Assembly (NCBI GenBank): GCA_032718475.1
Contig: JAUCBJ010007946.1
Coordinates: 1-64,000 of the forward strand
Direction of reading: 5' to 3'
DNA from: Nemertoderma westbladi
Taxonomy: Eukaryota > Animalia > Xenacoelomorpha
DNA: 64,000 bases
Made by a program: the position numbers and the translations under genes. Below, in pieces: positions 10,384 to 22,900 of the stretch. The notes beneath the pieces are model-generated. The model worked only from the letters and a program-made list of their open reading frames with translations. It searched no databases and was not told where the DNA came from. The stretch's first letter is position 1; the number at the start of each line of letters is the position of its first letter.

Positions 10384-13300
10384 AAAGCTTTTACATATAT
10401 TTTTAATTCGTTAATAATAATTCGTTTTTAAAAAATGACAGAAGGGTTTTAAAAATATTGTTTTTATTGTTTTTATATTTATTTTATAATTATTGTTGAC
10501 CCTGACCCACCCCAAATAGTGCCAATACGCAAAGGCTTCACCTACTACGTGGCTAACCCCACGATTGAATCATTGGAACTAAGTTCGTACCCATTGGAAC
10601 TAAATTCGCCTCCATAGGAACTAAGTTCGCATCCATTGGAACTAAGTTCGCATCCATTGGAACTAAGTTCGCATCCATTGGAACTAAGTTCGCATCCATT
10701 GGAACTAAGTTTGTATCCATTGGAACTAAGTTCGCATCCATTGGAACTAAGTTTGTATCCATTGGAACTAAGTTCGCATCCATTGGAACTAAGTTTGTAT
10801 CCATTGGAACTAAGTTCGCATCCATTGGAACTAAGTTTTTATCCATTGGAACTAAGTTCGCATCCATTGGAACTAAGTTCGCATCCATTGGAACTAAGTT
10901 CGCATCCATTGGAACTAAGTTTGTATCCATTGGAACTACATAAGTTTGTATCCATTGGAACTAAGTTTGTATCCATCGGAACTAAGTTCGCATCCATTGG
11001 AACTAAGTTTGTATCCATTGCAACAAAGTTCGCATCCATTGTAACTAAGTTTGTATCCATTGGAACTAAGTTCGCATCCATTGGAACTAACTTTGTATCC
11101 ATTGGAACTAAGTTCGCATCCATTGGAACTAAGTTTGTATCCATTGGAACTAAGTTCGCATCCATTGGAACTAAGTTCGCATCCATTGGAACTAAGTTTG
11201 TATCCATTGGAACTAAGTTCGCATCCATTGGAACTAAGTTTGTATCCATTGGAACTAAGTTCGCATCCATTGGAACTAAGTTCGCATCCATTGGAACTAC
11301 GTTCGCATCCATTGGAACAAAGTTTGTATCCATTGGAACTACATAAGTTTGTATCCATTGGAACTAAGTTCGCATCCATTGGAACTAAGTTCGCATACAT
11401 TGGAACTACATAAGTTGTTATCCATTGGAACTAAGTTCGCATCCATTGGAACTAAGTTCGCATCCATTGGAACTAAGTTCGCATACATTGGAACTAAGTT
11501 CGCATGCATTGGAACTAAGTTCGCATCCATTAGAACTAAGTTTGTATCCATTGGAACTAAGTTCGCATCCATTGGAACTAAGTTTGTATCCATTGGAACT
11601 AAGTTCGCATCCATTGGAACTAAGTTTGTATCCATTGGAACTAAGTTCGCATCCATTGGAACTAAGTTTGTATCCATTGGAACTAAGTTCGCATCCATTG
11701 GAACTAAGTTTGTATCCATTGGAACTAAGTTCGCATCCATTGGAACTAAGTTTTTATCCATTGGAACTAAGTTCGCATCAATTGGAACTAAGTTCGCATC
11801 CATTGGAACTAAGTTCGCATCCATTGGAACTAAGTTTGTATCCATTGGAACTACATAAGTTTGTATCCATTGGAACTAAGTTCGCATCCATTGGAACTAA
11901 GTTCGCATACATTGGAACTAAGTTTGTATCCATTGGAACTAAGTTCGCATCCATTGGAACTAAGTTTGTATCCATTGCAACTAAGTTCGCATCCATTGTA
12001 ACTAAGTTTGTATCCATTGGAACTAAGTTCGCATCCATTGGAACTAAGTTTGTATCCATTGGAACTAAGTTCGCATCCATTGGAACTAAGTTTGTATCCA
12101 TTGGAACTAAGTTCGCATCCATTGATCTAAGTTCGCATCCATTGGAACTAAGTTTGTATCCATTGGAACTAAGTTCGCATCCATTGGAACTAAGTTTGTA
12201 TCCATTGGAACTAAGTTCGCATCCATTGGAACTAAGTTCGCATCCATTGGAACTACGTTCGCATCCATTGGAACTAAGTTTGTATCCATTGGAACTACAT
12301 AAGTTTGTATCCATTGGAACTAAGTTCGCATCCATTGGAACTAAGTTCGCATACATTGGAACTACATAAGTTTTTATCCATTGGAACTAAGTTCGCATCC
12401 ATTGGAACTAAGTTCGCATACATTGGAACTAAGTTCGCATGCATTGGAACTAAGTTCGCATACATTGGAACTAAGTTTGTATCCATTGGAACTAAGTTCG
12501 CATCCATTGGAACTAAGTTTGTATCCATTGCAACTAAGTTCGCATCCATTGTAACTAAGTTTGTATCCATTGGAACTAAGTTCGCATCCATTGGAACTAA
12601 CTTTGTATCCATTGGAACTAAGTTCGCATCCATTGGAACTAAGTTTGTATCCATTGGAACTAAGTTCGCATCCATTGGAACTAAGTTCGCATCCATTGGA
12701 ACTAAGTTTGTATCCATTGGAACTAAGTTCGCATCCATTGGAACTAAGTTTGTATCCATTGGAACTAAGTTCGCATCCATTGGAACTAAGTTCGCATCCA
12801 TTGGAACTACGTTCGCATCCATTGGAACAAAGTTTGTATCCATTGGAACTACATAAGTTTGTATCCATTGGAACTAAGTTCGCATCCATTGGAACTAAGT
12901 TCGCATACATTGGAACTACATAAGTTTTTATCCATTGGAACTAAGTTCGCATCCATTGGAACTAAGTTCGCATCCATTGGAACTAAGTTCGCATACATTG
13001 GAACTAAGTTCGCATGCATTGGAACTAAGTTCGCATCCATTAGAACTAAGTTTGTATCCATTGGAACTAAGTTCGCATCCATTGGAACTAAGTTTGTATC
13101 CATTGGAACTAAGTTCGCATCCATTGGAACTAAGTTTGTATCCATTGGAACTAAGTTCGCATCCATTGGAACTAAGTTTGTATCCATTGGAACTAAGTTC
13201 GCATCCATTGGAACTAAGTTTGTATCCATTGGAACTAAGTTCGCATCCATTGGAACTAAGTTTTTATCCATTGGAACTAAGTTCGCATCAATTGGAACTA

Positions 13301-14606
13301 AGTTCGCATCCATTGGAACTAAGTTCGCATCCATTGGAACTAAGTTTGTATCCATTGGAACTACATAAGTTTGTATCCATTGGAACTAAGTTCGCATCCA
13401 TTGGAACTAAGTTCGCATACATTGGAACTAAGTTTGTATCCATTGGAACTAAGTTCGCATCCATTGGAACTAAGTTTGTATCCATTGCAACTAAGTTCGC
13501 ATCCATTGTAACTAAGTTTGTATCCATTGGAACTAAGTTCGCATCCATTGGAACTAAGTTTGTATCCATTGGAACTAAGTTCGCATCCATTGGAACTAAG
13601 TTTGTATCCATTGGAACTAAGTTCGCATCCATTGATCTAAGTTCGCATCCATTGGAACTAAGTTTGTATCCATTGGAACTAAGTTCGCATCCATTGGAAC
13701 TAAGTTTGTATCCATTGGAACTAAGTTCGCATCCATTGGAACTAAGTTCGCATCCATTGGAACTACGTTCGCATCCATTGGAACTAAGTTTGTATCCATT
13801 GGAACTACATAAGTTTGTATCCATTGGAACTAAGTTCGCATCCATTGGAACTAAGTTCGCATCCATTGGAACTAAGTTCGCATACATTGGAACTACATAA
13901 GTTTTTATCCATTGGAACTAAGTTCGCATCCATTGGAACTAAGTTCGCATACATTGGAACTAAGTTTGCATGCATTGGAACTAAGTTCGCATCCATTAGA
14001 ACTAAGTTTGTATCCATTGGAACTAAGTTCGCATCCATTGGAACTAAGTTTGTATCCATTGGAACTAAGTTCGCATCCATTGGAACTAAGTTTGTATCCA
14101 TTGGAACTACATAAGTTTGTATCCATTGGAACTAAGTTCGCATCCATTGGAACTAAGTTCGCATCCATTGGAACTAAGTTCGCATCCATTGGAACTAAGT
14201 TTGTATCCATTGGAACTAAGTTCACATCCATTGGAACTAAGTTCGCATCCATTGGAACTAAGTTCGCATACATTGGAACTACATAAGTTTGTATCCATTG
14301 GAACTAAGTTCGCATCCATTGGAACTAAGTTCGCATCCATTGGAAACTAAATTCGCATCCATTGGAACTAAGTTCGCATACATTGGAACTAAGTTTGTAT
14401 CCATTGGAACTAAGTTCGCATGCATTGGAACTAAGTTCGTTTTGATATTCTGGGATTGGAACTAAGTTCGCTTTATAAAATTCATTTTGGAACTAAATTC
14501 GTTTCAATTGGAACTAAATTAGTTTCAATTGGAACTAAATTCGTTTCAATTGGAACTAAATTCGTTTCAATTGGAACTAAGTTCGCCTCGATTGGAACTA
14601 AGTTTG
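10384..14606 (+). mobile_element. Partial foldback/MITE-like element with one hugely expanded arm
   Basis: 10405-10620 and 14420-14600 match the reverse complement of 32730-33110. Confidence 0.7.
10572..14606. repeat. 21-bp minisatellite (ATTGGAACTAAGTTCGCATCC / ...TTTGTATCC), ~190 units, with a 1510-bp higher-order repeat
   Basis: Direct periodicity; 25-bp variants with an ACAT insertion; near-identical ORF translations recur at +1510 (11339/12849, 11425/12935, 12107/13617). Confidence 0.97.
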
Positions 14607-14637
14607 TGTTACCGACTGGTAGTAACAACCGCCTGAA

Positions 14638-14850
14638 AACCCATTTATACTCGGCTGTACGACAGCCGTACGGTGAGAAATTGTGATATTTGTCATATTC
14701 GTCAGGCGGACGTACGGTATGTTTGGAATGCCGTACGGCAATAGACTATACGGTCGTAAAACAACTTCAGAATCCGTACGGTACCGTACGGTCATGGATG
14801 AGGCCGTACGTTGATCTCACGGCCGCCGTACGGCCTAGTATAAATGGGCC
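14638..14850. mobile_element. MITE, possibly PIF/Harbinger-like
   Basis: Imperfect ~30-bp TIR CCCATTTATACTCGGCTGTACGACAGCCGT / ACGGCCGCCGTACGGCCTAGTATAAATGGG; right end GGGCC followed by TTAA. Confidence 0.65.
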
Positions 14851-16170
14851 TTAACAGTATGTAGTTATATATTAGGCTTTATATTAATAGCTAACGACTC
14901 TATGGTATAGGGTAAATAAATATAACATTTCATACGATAACGAGTAATGTTTGACAATAGACGCCTGAACGTTAAAATATTTGTGACCAACCAGACATTG
15001 AATTTATCTAATTAATTACACACAATGAAAGTTCCTATGATGTCCTTCCTAGAAGTTACTATGTATGTAGTACATGATAGTTCTGCATACAGTTGCTACT
15101 GACAGACTCAGCCAATTGGTGAAGCAAATGCAGTGTAACAAGCTGGCGTAATGGGTAACTATATTCCACAGTAAACGCCATGTGGGCGAGCAGTGTGCAA
15201 CAGCCTTCTATCATAGGGTAATTTCCCATGCCATCTCGTTTGCTCACTGCACCTCTATGCTAATAATCAATACGCTAGGATAACTTTACATTCATATAAA
15301 CCTATGACAGAATCACTCATGCTTTAATATTGTTGTAATTTGATTTCAAAGATGTGCCTTTAATAAAAGATTATCGGACCTTAATGTTTTCAAATTTTAT
15401 ACCCTCATTGTAATATTATATTTATAAAAATTTTCTAGCCTTTTGCAGTTAATTATATAAGAACTTTCTATAAGGTAGAACGTGATTAAATACATAATTA
15501 TATTAATTATAATATTTTAACTTCTTCATTAATAAAGTACATTAATAAACCAAACCCTTGTTTAATAATAGTAGGGTACAATACTAGTATCCGTAGTTAG
15601 GTTTATATGATATTGATATTCTGAAATTCATATAGAAGTAGACTCTATGATTACCTTTTCCCAATGTCAGTGAGATACAACTTCCCAGTTAACAACCAAA
15701 TTATTATTATTATTATATAGTGAATGTAAATAATTTCAGTAAAATTTAAATAATGTTGTAAACTCTGGAATTAATGTCTGAAGTTCAAAACTTCAAAATG
15801 TATTTAAAAATTTGTTTTAAAACTTAAATAATCTTTTGAATATTTGTAATATGTCCTATAGTTTTCTGGAATTCCAGTTCTAATATTACAAGTTGCTTAC
15901 TTCTAAACTTTTACTTTGTGTTAATCATAATATCTAAGATTTTTTCCAGGACAAATTGATAGACCTTATGATAGCTAGCGCTTTTTTATAACATAATTTA
16001 ATGACTTCAGAACATTAACATTATATTTTTATTGTAATGAAATACTTCAGTTATAAAATATCGGAATTATTGAGCAAGTAAATAAGCAAACATTAATATT
16101 TAAATTTTATGAAACGAGCTAAGCTTAGAAAATGTTGGCGTAACAAGTTAGGAATTTGAAAGCAAACTTA

Positions 16171-16476
16171 TTTAATTTTTTTACAATTTTCCTATGTTGT
16201 TTAACTCAAGACCAAAACCTAAGTCGATTTCCAGAAGAAGAAAAATCATGTATTACTTATTATATTGCAAATTGGTCTATTAATATTTATTGTATAAAAC
16301 CTAAATAAGGTTGGAAATGTCTTTTTAATTTTTTTACAATTTTCCTATGTTGTTTAACTCAAGACCAAAACCTAAGTCGATTTCCAGAAGAAGAAAAATC
16401 ATGTATTACTTATTATATTGCAAATTGGTCTATTAATATTTATTGTATAAAACCTAAATAAGGTTGGAAATGTCTT
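16171..16476. repeat. Tandem duplication, 2 x 153 bp
   Basis: TTTAATTTTTTTACAATTTTCCTATG...GGTTGGAAATGTCT at 16171 and 16324. Confidence 0.92.
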
Positions 16477-16907
16477 CCCTTACACAGGATCTCTAACAAT
16501 ACATGGCATATGGCCATATATCATAATAATGAAATGTAGAAAACAAAAAATAAACACATTTTTGTGATGTAATGGGGCGATTTCTACATAATAACACAAC
16601 ATTGTCAATTACCAAGTCAATTACATCCAGTCTTTTGATCTTCAATTAGAGAGTATAGGTCAAGTAAATCCATTATTATTTTCTTTTACAAGAGTACGCC
16701 TATAGTTCAAGTACATCCATTACCCTGAATATATTTATTTGTACCGGTGGATGCTTATGGAATTCATCGTGAATTCAACATTAAAAAATAATCAATATCA
16801 AACATTAGTGGTATATTAACTATTAATAAGATGGCAAATCAACTATCGACCAACTACTATTACGGGCATGGATCGAGGGTATATTAATATAATATGGTGG
16901 TATGGTA

Positions 16908-19900
16908 ACTCTCACTCACTTACTTACTGACTTACTTACTTCCATACATCGGCCACACCACAAGGATGTATTGCCGGACTGACCCGCATCGCAACACCTC
17001 CAAATATCGCAGTCACACATTTAATTACCCAACTCATCTGCTTTATCAGGACCAGTCGGCTACTCTACTAAAGAACACTATCATGATCTCTCTGATCAGT
17101 GCCCCAATACCAGTGACCGGCAACACGTCATCCATCATGCCTGGAGGGTGGTGATGGGTTTTGTCAACAAAGTGGTGTATTTACCATCAAGGCAGCACAG
17201 ACTAGCAGAGGGGAAGCACAGACTGGTAGAGGGACAGTGCAAACTGGTAGAAGGGCAGCTCTGAAGCACTGACTAGTAGAAGGGCAGTACAGACTGGTAG
17301 AGCGGTAGAGGGGCAACACAGACTGGTAGAGAGGCAGCACAGACTGGTATAGGGGCAACACAGACTGGTAGAGGGGCAACACAGACTGGTAGAGGGGCAG
17401 CACAGACTGGTAGAGGGGCAACACAGACTGGTAGAGGGGCAGTACAGACTGGTAGAGGGGCAACACAGACTGGTAGAGGGGCAGCACAGACTGGTATAGG
17501 GGCAACACAGACTGGTAGAGGGGCAACACAGACTGGTAGAGGGGCAGTACAGACTGGTAGAGGGGCAACACAGACTGGTAGAGGGGCAACACAGACTGGT
17601 AGAGGGGCAACACAGACTGGTAGAGAGGCAGCACAGACTGGTAGAGGGGCAACACAGACTGGTAGAGGGGCAACACAGACTGGTAGAGGGGCAACACAGA
17701 CTGGTAGAGGGGCAGCACAGACTGGTAGAGGGGCAACACAGACTGGTAGAGAGGCAGCACAGACTGGTAGAGGGGCAGCACAGACTGGTAGAGAGGCAAC
17801 ACAGACTGGTAGAGGGGCAGCACAGACTGGTAGAGGGGCAGCACAGACTGGTAGAGCGGTAGAGGGGCAACACAGACTGGTAGAGGGGCAGCACAGACTG
17901 GTAGAGGGGCAGCACAGACTGGTAGAGGGGAAGCACAGACTGGTAGAGGGGCAGCACAGACTGGTAGAGGGGCAGCACAGACTGGTAGAGGGGGAACACA
18001 GACTGGTAGAGGGGCAACACAGACTGGTAGAGGGGCAGCACAGACTGGTAGAGGGGAAGCACAGACTGGTAGAGAGGCAGCACAGACTGGTATAGGGGCA
18101 ACACAGACTGGTAGAGGGGCAACACAGACTGGTAGAGGGGCAACACAGACTGGTAGAGGGGCAGTACAGACTGGTAGAGGGGCAACACAGACTGGTAGAG
18201 AGGCAGCACAGACAGGTAGAGGGGCAACACAGACTGGTAGAGGGGCAACACAGACTGGTAGAGGGGCAGCACAGACTGGTAGAGGGGCAACACAGACTGG
18301 TAGAGGGGCAGCACAGACTGGTAGAGGGGAAGCACAGACTGGTAGAGGGGCAGCACAGACTGGTAGAGGGGAAGCACAGACTGGTAGAGGGGCAACACAG
18401 ACTGGTAGAGGGGCAACACAGACTGGTAGAGGGACAGTACAGACTGGTAGTGAGGAAGCACAGACTGGTAGAGGGGCAACACAGACTGGTAGAGGGGCAA
18501 CATAGACTGGTAGAGAGGCAGCACAGACTGGTAGAGGGGCAACACAGAATGGTAGAGGGGCAACACAGACTGGTAGAGGGGAAGCACAGACTGGTAGAGG
18601 GGCAACACAGACTGGTAGAGGGGCAGTGCAAACTGGTAGAAGGGCAGCTCTGAAGCACTGACTAGTAGAAGGGCAGTACCTACTGGTAGAGCGGTAGAGG
18701 GGCAGTACAGACTGGTAGAGGGGCAGCACAGACTGGTAGAGGGGAAGCACAGACTGGTAGAGGGGCAACACAGACTGGTAGAGGGGCAACACAGACTGGT
18801 AGAGGGGCAGTACAGACTGGTAGAGGGGAAGCACAGACTGGTAGAGAGGCAGCACAGACTGGTAGAGGGGCAACACAGACTGGTAGAGGGGCAGCACAGA
18901 CTGGTAGAGGGGCAACACAGACTGGTAGAGGGGCAGCACAGACTGGTAGAGGGGCAACACAGACTGGTATAGGGGCAACACAGACTGGTAGAGGGGCAGT
19001 ACAGACTGGTAGAGCGGTAGAGGGGCAACACAGACTGGTAGAGGGGCAACACAGACTGGTAGAGGGGCAACACAGACTGGTAGAGGGGCAACACAGACTG
19101 GTAGAGGGGCAACACAGACTGGTAGAGGGGCAACACAGACTGGTAGAGGGGCAACACAGACTGGTATAGGGGCAACACAGACTGGTAGAGGGGCAGTACA
19201 GACTGGTAGAGCGGTAGAGGGGCAACACAGACTGGTAGAGGGGCAACACAGACTGGTAGAGGGGCAGCACAGACTGGTAGAGGGGCAACACAGACTGGTA
19301 GAGGGGCAGTACAGACTGGTAGAGCGGTAGAGAGGCAGCACAGACTGGTAGAGGGGCAACACAGACTGGTAGAGGGGCAGCACAGACTGGTAGAGGGGCA
19401 ACACAGACTGGTAGAGGGGCAGCACAGACTGGTAGAGGGGCAACACAGACTGGTATAGGGGCAACACAGACTGGTAGAGGGGCAGTACAGACTGGTAGAG
19501 CGGTAGAGGGGCAACACAGACTGGTAGAGGGGCAACACAGACTGGTAGAGGGGCAACACAGACTGGTAGAGGGGCAACACAGACTGGTAGAGGGGCAACA
19601 CAGACTGGTAGAGGGGCAACACAGACTGGTAGAGGGGCAACACAGACTGGTAGAGGGGCAACACAGACTGGTAGAGGGGCAGTACAGACTGGTAGAGCGG
19701 TAGAGGGGCAACACAGACTGGTAGAGGGGCAACACAGACTGGTAGAGGGGCAACACAGACTGGTAGAGGGGCAACACAGACTGGTAGAGGGGCAACACAG
19801 ACTGGTAGAGGGGCAGCACAGACTGGTAGAGGGGCAACACAGACTGGTAGAGGGGCAGCACAGACTGGTAGAGGGGCAACACAGACTGGTATAGGGGCAA

Positions 19901-22900
19901 CACAGACTGGTAGAGGGGCAGTACAGACTGGTAGAGCGGTAGAGGGGCAACACAGACTGGTAGAGGGGCAACACAGACTGGTAGAGGGGCAACACAGACT
20001 GGTAGAGGGGCAACACAGACTGGTAGAGGGGCAACACAGACTGGTAGAGGGGCAACACAGACTGGTAGAGGGGCAGTACAGACTGGTAGAGGGGAAGCAC
20101 AGACTGGTAGAGGGGCAACACAGACTGGTATAGGGGCAACACAGACTGGTAGAGGGGCAGTACAGACTGGTAGAGGGGCAGCACAGACTGGTAGAGGGGC
20201 AGCACAGACTGGTAGAGGGGCAGCACAGACTGGTAGAGGGGCAACACAGACTGGTAGAGGGGCAACACAGACTGGTAGAGGGGCAACACAGACTGGTAGA
20301 GGGGCAACACAGACTGGTAGAGGGGCAACACAGACTGGTAGAGGGGCAACACAGACTGGTAGAGGGGCAGCACAGACTGGTAGAGCGGTAGAGGGGCAAC
20401 ACAGACTGGTAGAGGGGCAACACAGACTGGTAGAGGGGCAACACAGACTGGTAGAGGGGCAACACAGACTGGTAGAGGGGCAACACAGACTGGTAGAGGG
20501 GCAACACAGACTGGTAGAGGGGCAACACAGACTGGTAGAGGGGCAGTACAGACTGGTAGAGGGGCAGCACAGACTGGTAGAGCTGGTAGAGGGGCAGCAC
20601 AGACTGGTAGAGGGGCAAGCACAGACTGGTAGAGGGGCAACACAGACTGGTAGAGGGGCAACACAGACTGGTAGAGGGGCAACACAGACTGGTAGAGGGG
20701 CAACACAGACTGGTAGAGGGGCAACACAGACTGGTAGAGGGGCAACACAGACTGGTAGAGGGGCAACACAGACTGGTAGAGGGGCAACACAGACTGGTAG
20801 AGGGGCAACACAGACTGGTAGAGGGGCAGCACAGACTGGTAGAGGGGCAAGCACAGACTGGTAGAGGGGCAACACAGACTGGTAGAGGGGCAACACAGAC
20901 TGGTAGAGGGGCAGTACAGACTGGTAGAGGGGCAGCACAGACTGGTAGAGGGGAAGCACAGACTGGTAGAGGGGAAGCACAGACTGGTAGAGGGGCAACA
21001 CAGACTGGTAGAGGGGCAGCACAGACTGGTAGAGCGGTAGAGGGGCAGCACAGACTGGTAGAGCGGTAGAGGGGCAGCACAGACTGGTAGAGGGGCAGCA
21101 CAGACTGGTAGAGGGGCAGCACAGACTGGTAGAGGGGCAACACAGACTGGTAGAGGGGCATCACAGACTGGTAGAGGGGCAACACAGACTGGTAGAGAGG
21201 CAGCACAGACTGGTAGAGGGGCAGCACAGACTGGTAGAGGGGCAACACAGACTGGTAGAGAGGCAGCACAGACTGGTAGAGCGGTAGAGGGGCAGCACAG
21301 ACTGGTAGAGGGGCAGCACAGACTGGTAGAGGGGCAACACAGACTGGTAGAGGGGCAGCACAGACTGGTAGAGGGGCAGCACAGACTGGTAGAGGGGCAA
21401 CACAGACTGGTAGAGGGGCAGCACAGACTGGTAGAGCGGTAGAGGGGCAACACAGACTGGTAGAGAGGCAGCACAGACTGGTAGAGCGGTAGAGGGGCAA
21501 CACAGACTGGTAGAGGGGCAACACAGACTGGTAGAGGGGCAGCACAGACTGGTAGAGGGGCAGCACAGACTGGTAGAGAGGCAGCACAGACTGGTAGAGG
21601 GGCAGCACAGACTGGTAGAGGGGCAACACAGACTGGTAGAGGGGCAACACAGACTGGTAGAGGGGCAACACAGACTGGTAGAGAGGCAGCACAGACTGGT
21701 AGAGCGGTAGAGGGGCAGCACAGACTGGTAGAGGGGCAGCACAGACTGGTAGAGGGGCAACACAGACTGGTAGAGGGGCAGTACAGACTGGTAGAGGGGC
21801 AACACAGACTGGTAGAGGGGCAACACAGACTGGTAGAGGGGCAACACAGACTGGTAGAGGGGCAACACAGACTGGTAGAGGGGCAACACAGACTGGTAGA
21901 GAGGCAGCACAGACTGGTATGAGGGGCAGCACAGACTGGTAGAGGGGCAGCACAGACTGGTAGAGCGGTAGAGGGGCAGCACAGACTGGTAGAGGGGCAG
22001 CACAGACTGGTAGAGGGGCAGCACAGACTGGTAGAGGGGCAACACAGACTGGTAGAGAGGCATCACAGACTGGTATAGGGGCAACACAGACTGGTAGAGA
22101 GGCAGCACAGACTGGTAGAGAGGCAGCACAGAATGGTAGAGGGGCAACACAGACTGGTAGAGAGGCAGCACAGACTGGTAGAGCGGTAGAGGGGCAGCAC
22201 AGACTGGTAGAGGGGCAGCACAGACTGGTAGAGGGGCAACACAGACTGGTAGAGGGGCAGTACAGACTGGTAGAGGGGCAGCACAGACTGGTAGAGGGGC
22301 AACACAGACTGGTAGAGGGGCAACACAGACTGGTAGAGGGGCAGCACAGACTGGTAGAGAGGCAGCACAGACTGGTAGAGGGGCAACACAGACTGGTAGA
22401 GGGGCAGCACAGACTGGTAGAGGGGCAGCACAGACTGGTAGAGGGGCAACACAGACTGGTAGAGAGGCAACACAGACTGGTAGAGGGGCAACACAGACTG
22501 GTAGAGGGGCAACACAGACTGGTAGAGGGGCAGTACAGACTGGTAGAGAGGCAGCACAGACTGGTAGAGAGGCAGCACAGACTGGTAGAGGGGCAGCACA
22601 GACTGGTAGAGGGGCAGTACAGACTGGTAGAGGGGCAGCACAGACTGGTAGAGAGGCAACACAGACTGGTAGAGAGGCAACACAGACTGGTAGAGGGGCA
22701 ACACAGACTGGTAGAGGGGCAACACAGACTGGTAGAGGGGCAGTACAGACTGGTAGAGGGGCAACACAGACTGGTAGAGGGGCAGCACAGACTGGTAGAG
22801 GGGCAGCACAGACTGGTAGAGGGGCAACACAGACTGGTAGAGAGGCAACACAGACTGGTAGAGGGGCAACACAGACTGGTAGAGGGGCAACACAGACTGG

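Noticed and set aside
10553-14350. Many repetitive ORFs (MDANLVP, LELSSHP)
   Set aside because: Translations of a 21-bp unit in several frames on both strands; no unique coding flanks.
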